In this document: piece by piece, positions 24,435-34,700 of the stretch | Numbering within the stretch: position 1 is the first letter of the stretch | Layout: every line of letters starts with the position of its first letter | NCBI GenBank assembly: GCA_013239625.1 | Contig: MU053823.1 | Span: 689,565 to 753,564, forward strand | Length of the DNA: 64,000 nucleotides | DNA from: Lama guanicoe | Lineage: Eukaryota | Reading direction: 5' to 3' | Made by a program: the position numbers and the translations under genes | The notes under the pieces: model-generated | The model's database searches: none | The model's input: the letters and a program-made list of their open reading frames with translations, nothing else | What the model was told of the DNA's origin: nothing

Positions 24435-26522
24435 ATGGAATCTAAACATGTTGTGACTTAAGTGGACAGCCGTACCCTTAAAAGGAAAGGTAAGTATGCC
24501 TTTGACTGTAAAAGAAACACAGATTGAGCGTCCGATCCCAGTTTCCTAAGGATATCACCTTCCGTAGGTGATCAGTCAGTAGCCTGGAAGTCTGGGTGTT
24601 ATCTGCCCACGTGGAAAGAGTCCTTTGGCTACTGTCCTTGACCACAGCCTAGCATCCAGGGAGCCACAGCAGCGCTCCGGGGAGAAGGGCAGACCTTTGG
24701 TGTTGGGCTGGACGTGCTCACCTGTGGGCACTTCCGGTTTACTTGGGTTTTCTGCCCTCCGACGAGCATATTGCCACAAATCTGAGTTCTTTACTTGCTC
24801 CACCAAAAGGAGAAGCTGTGGGTCCTCCCTGAGTCGCTGGATTGTTGCCGTGGTTGTCATCCTGTTTGTCTACACCGGTTTCATCACTACTGTAGCTGGT
24901 GTGCATCTTTCCTTTTCCTGCCTCTTGCAGATGCTTTTTTTAGTGTAGTCCAGTCATAACTTCCATACTAGAAACGTTCGTTTGTTTGTTTTTTTCCCAA
25001 CTTGCTTTCCTTATTTATTCATTAATTTGTATTTCTTTCTTTCTTTTTCTTTCTTTAATGGAGGTACTGGGGATTGAACCCAGGACCTCTATGCGTGCTA
25101 AGCACACGCTCTACCGCTGGGCTACCCCCCCCCCCCCCCCCCCGAGGTGTGTTCTTACTCCCTGTGAATCTGTGCTTTTCGCTCCTCTGTCAGTTGGTGT
25201 TTATTAGGGGCTTCTTATCTGATGAAATGCCCTTCTTTTCTCAGAGGAACTATAATCCAGTGGTTAACAGAACGGCTTCCCCGCCGCGCTCTCTAGACCT
25301 GAATTCCAGTCCTAGCGTACCCTCCGTGGGAGCTCAGGCAAATTTTTACCTTTTCAAAGACTTGGATATGTTACTTGTAAAAGTGGGGAAATAATAGTAC
25401 ATACTTCATTTTGTGAAGATCATACAAGTTAATTTCTGTTTGGTATTAGAACAGTGCCTGGCATGTCAACAAATGTGAGCTATCACTGCTTTCGAGGTTT
25501 TTTCTTATAATGCGCCGAGGTCATCGCTGGCATCAGCTGGTACTCATATTCTCCCAGGTGTATTGCTTGGGTTACTTCCGTGAACTCTTTTTTAACTAAC
25601 GGGATTTTTTATCCTTCCCACCAAGCTCTCTGTAGCAGTCTAAATCTTTGTGTATGTGTCCTTTTGAAAAAATAAAGTATTTCATTTTTTGATCAATCCT
25701 TGAAGTATTTCCAACTTTGGAAACTATTAATACAGTCTATCTTCTTCATTAATTTCAAGGGCACATGAAAAACTCTTAGTGCCATCCAACGTGTGTGTGA
25801 CTCATCTTTCTTCATTTAATGTAAGAGTTCTGTTGTAACTATGGTCTTTTAATGAATTATTTTACATTTATATGCTCTTTAATTATGGTCAAATATAATT
25901 TGGTCATCAAAAAAGAAATGATGGTTTAAAAGAACTAGGTGTTACTAAATGTGCTAAAAATACTCATTTTGTAATTTTAATTTTTTGTTTTCTTAGGATT
26001 TTATAAATTATGCCCTTTAGAAAAATATATACATCAAAATCCCCATATTGTATCTGTAGTTTTTTGATGCTATGTACATAAAATATGACACTTTCCTTGG
26101 TCCAAAATTTCACTAACCAGAATTCTGTTATGGGCACTTCAACACAGCTTGAGGAAAATGGCACAATATGATCTTGTGGTGCCTTCTGAATCATCAGAAA
26201 GATTAAATTATGCTTCATATATATATTCGTTTTTACTGTGTTTCTTTGAAAACTCTCAATCTTTACTCATGAGTCATTGGACTAATTTCTTTGACCTGTT
26301 AATTTGAAGTCTTATTGCATTGCTTCAGTTCATGAACTACAAACATTACTCTTGGTTGGTTTTTTACTTCCAAATAACTTCTGTGATCCTGCTGGCACTA
26401 CTATTAGAGGCATTTTGGTCTCATTTGCGTGACTTCAGTATAAGAACATTTGTGCAAAAGAAACTATTTTCCTGCACAGTAATAACATCAATGATGGTGA
26501 CTGTTCCTACAGCACAGCGTAC
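24435..26522 (+). pseudogene. Decayed Dectin-2-family (CLEC4-type) C-type lectin pseudogene, exons 1-4
   Basis: Exon 1 24435-24489 MESKHVVT*VDSRTLKRK with AAG|GTAAGT phase-1 donor. Exon 2 ~24806-24898 RRSCGSSLSRWIVAVVVILFVYTGFITTVA (93 nt, same size as CLEC4D/E exon 2; expected acceptor reads AA). Exon 3 from 25997 GFYKLCPLEK...F*CY. Exon 4 ~26374-26522 *SCWHYY*RHFGLIC matches the WSCCPxxWxxFxxxC spacing. Confidence 0.6.
25020..25143 (-). mobile_element. tRNA-derived SINE (Vic-1-like) with poly(C) run
   Basis: ATGGAGGTACTGGGGATTGAACCCAGGACC...TCTACCGCTGGGCTA followed by a long C run. Confidence 0.85.
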
Positions 26523-28654
26523 ACCGGAATGGTCAATGATAGCTTTCAAAGTTTCTTAAAATAATTTGCCTAATTTTATTTTTATGACCCCCTCATTGAG
26601 GATGGGGAGAAGAAAGAACAGAATTGTGCTTAGGGATAAATTTCAAGTGTTGATGTACAGTGTCAGGAGTGGCGGGTGTGGCAGACACCTAAAGGTCCAG
26701 TGAAAGATCTGCATAATGAGTCCAACTCAACCTGTAAGACCTTCTTGTTAGGGATCGGTCTATGAAGCACCCATTCTTGTCATCCACTCCTTTCTCTAGC
26801 CTTTTCCCACTGTGTTTACCAATGTCGACCTCCTGCAAACTCAGTCTTGCTTAGTTTTTGTGTTGACCTGAGCAGTCATACAGGACATCCGCTCCTCTAA
26901 TTTGTAGGGCTGAAATGAATTTTGCTGCTCAAAGACTTGGTATCTCCAGCACAAGTTATTTGCCATGTCTATGAATTTTGAAGTTCTTTACCCTGTCTTC
27001 ATAATACACTCCCTCCTCACACCAATATACCCATTTTCATCCGTTTCATGTGATTAGGGTTCTGGCCCAGTTTTTCTGCCCTTAAGTCTGGCTCTGGTTT
27101 CTCGTTGAGTTTTAGATCCTGTGCTGGAAACTGCTCAATTGGCACTCAGTCTTCTCCTTTCCAATCCCCTCCTTTGGCTGTTCTCTGTACCTGAAAACAT
27201 GTTATCAAGACTCTCAGTGTTATTACTTGTCTGATTTCAAATATGACCAGTGGCTTGAACATTCTCTGGCTGAGTCCTGCTGACTCCGGATTTTGATTTC
27301 CTCAGAGACTGATAATATTTTCAATCATGGCTATGTTAGACGTGCTTTCTGGACATTGTATAATTGATTCCTCATTCTCATTCCTGTGCTATAATGCTCT
27401 CAAAAGAGAGGTTAGCTTTTGCCATTGTAATCCTTTAATTTCTAGTACTGACTTATGTACTCTTGCCAGTTTGGGTAGTGTGGAACAATAGGAAGAATGC
27501 AAACTCTGAAATCATAAAGGCCTATTGTCAAAATATGCACAGGATGACGACTCAAATAGTGCAAAAGTGTTCATGATGGAAAGCAGGTCTCTCACACCAT
27601 CCTTCCCTACCCTAGCCCTATAGTCCTATCGTGCAGAGGTGAATTGTTTTAGCTGTGGGTTTTTTGTTTTGTTTGTTTTTTTTTGTCTTTTGTTTTTTAC
27701 TTTCTGGTGATTCCCCCCCTCCCCCCATGAATCTAAATAACACTAGTATCTCCATTTCTGAATATTATAATCTGGTACTCCTTGCTCCCCTAATTCTTTT
27801 TCATTTTCTATCTTCACCTTCTTTCACATTTTGATAATTAAATGGTGATTATTATTATTACCTTTAGTTATTAATTGATTGGTTACTTTTGTACCTCTAA
27901 ATAATATTTTTGTTCATTTATTTTTTGTGTTGTATCTCTACTGAAATGAAAATGGTTGCTCCTACACTCCCCTCACCTTTCTTTTCACTTGTACTTCTTA
28001 CCTTTTGTCAGCCACACTTCTGACTTTACCTCGTCAAGTTTGTTAACCTTTATGAGTTCCTGTGTTTTGTACAGAGGCTGACTCAAGGCAAAAAACTTCT
28101 AGATGATCATGAGTCTCTTGGGTCAAAGGATGGGCTAAGATTATGTTTGCTTCTCTGGGTCCCACATCTCAATTCTGATTTGTTCAAAAGAGATGGCTCC
28201 TATCACTAAGGTCAAATGGAGTCTGTTTGCTTAGATTCCAGAAGTTAGTTTAACTAAAGCCACATTTTGATTTGCTTCCTGAATTGGACTCTACTTATTC
28301 ATATAGCTTCTTTTCCTGGTATTGCTAATTCCTTTTTCTTGGATAATTTGTTTCTGTTAAACTCTTGTTTTTCAGCTCTTCCAATTAGCCTGTCTATTAC
28401 ATGGTGCTCAGTTTTAATCTGGTTTTCTCAGAGCCTTCCTCTGCTCCTCGGTACTGGACTCATGGTTCTCTGCACCTGTTTGCAGAGCTCATCTATGGAC
28501 GTCCCTTCCTGGCTCTCCTGGTTTAGATCTTTTTTGTTTTTTTTTAATACTGTTGTCTTTTTGTTGTTATTACAGTAGGTATAATTCTGTATACAAACTT
28601 AGGTGCGCAATTAATACCACATTCTTTTCCAAATGTTAAAATTTTATTAATTTA

Positions 28655-30895
28655 AAAAAAATTGAGATATCATTTATTTATGGCATTATGTAAGTTTCAC
28701 ATGTACAACATTATATTTCAACTTCTGTATACACTACAGCATTCTCACCACTAAAAGTTTAGTTTCCAGCCGGTAACATAAAGATGACCCCCCTTACCTA
28801 TTTTACCCTTCCCCTCTGGTAACCACTACCCTCTTTTCTGTATCTATGTGTTTGTTTTTGTTTGGTTTGGTTTCTTTCTTTGTTTAACATATAAGTGAAA
28901 TCATACAGTATTTGTCTCTCTCCATTTCACTTACTTCATTTAGTGTGACACCTCAAGATCCATCAGTGTTGTCACAAATGGCAAGATTTCATTTTTTACG
29001 GCTTAGTAGTATTCCATTATATATACACATTTTTAAAATTTTTCTTTTTTTTAAATTGAAGTATAGTCAGTTTACTATGTTGTGTCAATTTCTGGTGTAC
29101 AGCATGATAGTTCACACATCTACATACATATATTCGTTTTCATATTCTTTTTCATTATAGGTTACAAGATAATGAATATAGCTCTCTGTGCTATACAATA
29201 TAAACGTATTATTTATCTATTTCATATATAGTAGTTAGTATCTGCAAATCTCGATCTCCCAATTTATCCCTCCACTACGTCTTTCCCCCCTGGGAACCGT
29301 AAGTTTGTTTTCTATGTCTGTGAGTCTGTTTGCTTTATAAATAAGTTCTTTTGTGTCTTTTTTTTTTTTCTAGATTCCACATATAAGTGATATCATATGA
29401 TATTTGTCTTTCTCTTTTTGGCTTACTTCACTTAGAATGACGATCTCTAGGTCCATCCATGTTGCTGCAAATAGCATTATTTTATTCTTTTTTTTATGGC
29501 TGAGGAGCATTCCATTGTATATATATATACCACAACTTCTTTATCCAGTCATCTGTCGATGGACATTTGGGATGTTTCCATGTCTTGGCTATTGTATATA
29601 GTGTTGCTATGAACATTGGGGTGCATGTATCTTGTCAAATTAGAGTTCTCTCTGGATATATGCTGGATCATATGGTAAGTCTATTTTCAGCTTTTTAAGG
29701 AACCTTCGTATTATTTTCCATAACGTCAGCACCAAACTGCAATCCCAACAACAGTGTAGGAGGGTTCCCTTTTCTCCACACCCTCTCCAACATTTATCAC
29801 TTGTGGACTTTTCTGGCCATTCTGACTGGTGTGAGGTGACACTTCACTGTAGTTTTGATTTATGTTTCTCTGATAGTCAGTGATATATAGCATTTTTTCA
29901 TATACCTATTGGCCATTTGTATGTCTTCATTGGTGAATTACTTGTTTAGGTCTTCTGTCCATTTTTGGATTGGGTTGTTTATTTTTTTGTTTTTAAGTTG
30001 TATGAGCTGTTTATATATTCTGGAAATTAAGCCTTTGTCAGTCATATCATTTGCAAGTATTTTCTCCCATTCTGTAGGTTGTCTTTTTGTTTTTGTCTGG
30101 GTTTCCTTTGCTATGCAAACCTGCTTACAAGTTTAATTAGGTCCCATTTGTTTATTTTTGCTTTTATTTCTATTGCCTGGGTAGACTGCCCTAGGAGAAC
30201 ATTGCTAAGGTTTTTGTCAGAAAATGTTTTACCTATATTTTCTCCTAAAAGGTTTATAGTGTCTTGTCTTATGTTTAAGCCTTTAAACTATTTTGAGTTT
30301 GGTTTTGTGTAGGGGGTGAGAGGGGTGTTCTGTGCTGAGCCCCGGGGGGATAGCTGGTTAAGAAGTGTTTCACTGTTTGCTACAGTCCTTGACCTCAAGC
30401 TCCACTGGCCACCAAAGCCAGGCAATAGAGGAGTGTATCCCGTGGGTGAAGTGATAAAGTCTTGGTGCCAGATGTGTGTTCAAGCTCGTTCTAGAAAGAC
30501 AGTGGTGACTCAGATGGCACCTGCTGGTCTCCCTGGGCTCTGAGGAGGATAGAAGTCTGTCCCAGTTGTGTGCTCAATTAAAAGCCTGACCCTCAGGCAG
30601 CAGCTCTTAAAGTTTGCCAATAGGCCTCTTTCTGGGAAGGAATGGGAGATAAGCATTTCTGTCTCTTGCTTCTGTGTTGGCTTTGGTGGGGTGGGGAGTA
30701 GCGCACAGTTGATTGAGAACTCTTTCTTTGTCTGCTGCAGTCCTGAGGGACCCATAAATGCAAACCTCGGTGACCACTAGAGATGAGCAGTCAAAGGTTG
30801 TATCCTTTGGATGGCAGCCACGAAAATCAGGGAGCCAGATGTGTGCGCAAGCTCCTTCCAGGAGATGCTGGCAACCTGGACTGGAGCAACTTCAC
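28655..30895 (-). mobile_element. Composite LINE-1: older 3' end (28655-29030), younger 3' UTR + ORF2 end (29040-30312), L1 5'-UTR-like segment (30316-30895)
   Basis: Two successive T-rich-headed antisense L1 3' ends. ORF2 antisense blocks run to GAGTTTGGTTTTGTGTA, then switch abruptly to a GC-richer, internally repeated segment (GCCAGATGTGTG.CAAGCTC at ~30467 and ~30834). Confidence 0.75.
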
Positions 30896-31153
30896 ATTCC
30901 CTCTTCCTTTGCCTTAACAAGTTTATTTTCTCCCATCAGAAGATTTGGGGATTTAAGCAACAGCTCCACCACCTTTTCCTCAACTCCTCAACAAAAGTTC
31001 TGTGTCTTTACAAACATTGCTGTGTAGATTTAAAGCTTTTGCTTATTGCTCACATTGTCTTTTGTCATTTTTCATACAACTTATTCAGTTCCGAGAACTT
31101 TCTAGGGCAGGTTTACCTTAAGAACGTAACTGCCTTTGAAAATTCAGTTCTCA

Positions 31154-31250
31154 GGGGAGGGTACAGCTCAGTGGTAGAGTGCATGCTTATTGTGCATGAC
31201 GTCCTATGTTCAATCCCCAATGCCTCCATTATAGAAAAAAAAAAAGAAGA
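31154..31250 (+). mobile_element. tRNA-derived SINE (Vic-1-like) just upstream of CLEC4D exon 1
   Basis: GGGGAGGGTACAGCTCAGTGGTAGAG...GTTCAATCCCCAATGCCTCC + A tail. Confidence 0.85.
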
Positions 31251-31703
31251 AAATATAATATTCAGGAAAAGAAAACCTTGAGGAAAATTCTGTTTTTTAT
31301 TGGGTTCAATTATTATTCTTTTAGGGCACTGCTAAATTTTTTGTTTGAACGACTAAAAACAAATTAAGAAATTTTACATGACACATTGGTCTGGTTACCT
31401 CAACGTACTTGTGAAAATTTCTACTGTTTCTGAGTGTTGCTTTCTCAATTTCCCTTTTCCTTTGCTCCAAACCAGAGTGAATCAAAGGAAACCTCAGTCT
31501 TTGAAAAGACTTCTTCTTTTCAGTTGTCTTTTATACGGGAATGTTCTAGTCTTACCAGAATAGGTAAGCTTAATGTTCAACCTCAAGAATTTCTAAATGT
31601 ATGTATGTTTTATTCACAGAAATATACCCTGTGGAAAAAATATAAACAGCTGCTCAGGCTACTGGTTCTCCCAACTACTGGACCATAAGAGATTTAGCAC
31701 ACA

Positions 31704-34700
31704 GTAGGGCAAGAAGAACCACAAAATAATCGTGAGTACTTTTTCCCCTTTCAAGTTTAACGAGGGCATACTTGATTATGACAAATATTTTAAAATATGA
31801 ATTGATGACAGTTGTAGTTGTGAAGATTGAAAGATGATGGGGAAAAAGAGGTTGAGGGATGTGAAAATGATTTTGGTAAAGAGGAAGGACTTAGATTCAT
31901 ACATTTGGAGTACCAGTAACTTGTTTATGAAATGTAAATTGGGGCAAGAGAGGAGAGAACGTCTGTAAAAATAAGATGAAAAAAAAGAAAGTTGGGAAGA
32001 TTCTTTTTAAGGGAAGAGGGAGAAGAAAGATACAGAAAACACATTGGCTGAGGCAGCAGTGTGTCTGAGGCTCTTACTTCATCTTCGTTTATGTTTTACT
32101 TAAGTGAAACAAATGAATTTGTATTATAAGAACATTAAAAAATAGCTTTGAGAAATATATAGAATGAATGCAGAAATATGTAATTTAAAAATTAATGTTT
32201 CACTTCATCGCATTACGCCACCCAAATTTCATTGACATCATGATGTACAATGGTCCTGAAAACCACCTTTTTGTGTAACAATATGCTTGGAGATTTTTTT
32301 TTGCCAGTACATACACATATAGTTGATTATCTTAATTGCTGTATAGACTTCCATCATGTGGATTCACCATAATTTAGAATCTCTGTTCTTGATGGTACGT
32401 ATCCAACTATTAGATTCCAGGGATTTTTTTTTCTATTTCCAAAATTACTGCAATGAATATTCTTTTTATAAATAAGTTATTTCTATAGGGTGGATATCTA
32501 GAATTGAAATTATGGCAAGTGTAATGCATTTAAAATTTGATAACTGGGGGGAGAGTATAGCTCAGTGGAAGGGTGTGTGCCTAGCACTGGGTTCAATTTC
32601 CAGTACTTCCACCAGAAATAAATGAATAAAAACATAATTACCCCCCCAAAACCCCCAAAATAAAAACAAAAACCAAAAAAAGAATAAAACAAATGCAGTA
32701 CTTTAAAAAAATTGATAAGTGCTTCTAACTTGATCTGTCTAAAAAGCTTTCTAATTTACTATTCAGCAGTGACATTTATTTCCTTACTGAGTGTTTCCCT
32801 CTGTCTCACCAATACTATGTATTTTCAATTTACTTTAAAAATTCTGATATATGAAAAATCACACCATAATAATATTTTGGTTTACATTTCTCTGAGCACG
32901 CTTCTTGTTTGTTTAATGGATTTTTAAAATAATTTCAGCAAGTTAGATTTTCAGCAAATTTCCTGCTCAAATGTTTTGCTCAGTTTTCAAATTGTTTTTT
33001 GAAATTCTTTATACAGTCTGGATATTAATATTGTGACAAGATTTTTCTTTCATATATTCCTTGTGTTTTAACATTATTTGTGTTATTTAGAAGTTTTGAT
33101 TTCTATGTCCCCAAATTATCAATATTTTGTGATTTGGGGGTTTTGAGTCTTGGTTATAAAAAGCCTGTCCTTATTCAAAAACTCAAAAAAGTTGTTTACG
33201 TTCTTCTTATTTCTTCCTTATTCATCGGTGAGCTCTGAAATTGATTTATTTAGGAAAAATCTTTAAGCTCTCCTCCAGATCTGAAATATTTTGGACAATC
33301 CATCCTTAGTTTGCTCCTTGGTAGAATTTACTTCCCTGGTTCTGGTAGCTAAGAACGAGACAAGCTAGTTCTCTTGTTTTTGTACAGGAGGAGGCGGCCA
33401 GCACCCCCGGCTGATCCCTTGGGCCATGGCTACTGTTCTCATCTCACTTCTAAGTGCCTGTTTTATTGCAAATTGTGTGGGTAAGTTATTAGCAAAAGTG
33501 GAACTCTCCTTGAATTATTTACCCGAGCAACTTTTATAAAGTTGCTCTGAATCTTTTGTTATCTTGATTTTCTCCCACATATCAATCTGTAATGATTTAA
33601 AATTCAGGGTCTTGGATTTAAAATTCAGAGCTACATGCTTGACCTTCTGTTCTTTTATGATGCTGCTTTGTATCAGGCAATGAAAGATGGAATTTAGACC
33701 CTTTTCAATACATGTGAAGGTTGGTGACCGTTATTAAGTGGTAAAAGTGAAGCAGAGCACAAAGTACTTTAAAAGCCATGGCATGGTTACCTTTAAGAGA
33801 AAGGGTGGGAGTTGAGTTTGGGCTCCGACAGCCACCTGGGGTGTTGGCAACACTGTGTTTCCTGAGCCCATCATTTTTACCCGGAATACTCGCTTTACAA
33901 TAACTTGATAAACTGTACACTTATGATTTCACTTCTTTAGATTTGGTTATATTCCAAAGTAAAAATATTTAAAAGATAAATAAATGTGTCAGGCTCATAG
34001 AACTTTGCAAGACTATCCCAGTATTCACCAAAAATCTCCACTCTAACACAAATTCTGATGGGAAAAGATGCTTAAAAGCACACGCACATGAAGGTTTGCA
34101 AAACTACCCCCACAAAGCACAGAATGGACCATGTGATGTGAAAAATATTAATCTTCAACAATTCCTCTCAACCAATACATCTGGAATGGGGACAAAGGAG
34201 CTGCGAGGGAAGAACAGAGAACGTGGGGGCTTTACTAGGGCAAGAGCAAGTTTAGAACAGTTGGCCCCGTTTCCCTAATTGAGTCATTTTATAGGGAAAA
34301 AAAATTAAGTTTTCTTCCTCCTCGACAGTGACTTATCACAACATTCTACGCTGTGAGAGAGTCTCGGGGGTGTTCAAGCCACCAAAGTACTACCCAAGGC
34401 TGACATGTGTCGCAGGGAAATCAGCACTGAAAGTTACAGGTAACAAGGAGCAAAAGAGAGTTTCTTTCTTATTTCTATTTCCATTCACATTCATAATCTG
34501 ATTTAAAATAATTTGTTAATAAGCCCGAGAAATTAAAATAACGTAAGATGAGAATCTGGCATGAGAGTGAACACCAGTAAATTGAGACAGAATTCTTCCT
34601 CATGATATAATCAGTGGAATGATTAACTGGAGAACAGAACACATTTACGGGCCCTTTTTGGCATCAGAAACATAGCATCAATTCCATTTTCTTTTCAGTC

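Noticed and set aside
31154..31226. tRNA-like sequences with A and B boxes (also 50196ff and others)
   Set aside because: Many diverged copies with A-rich tails and TSDs: SINEs, not tRNA genes.
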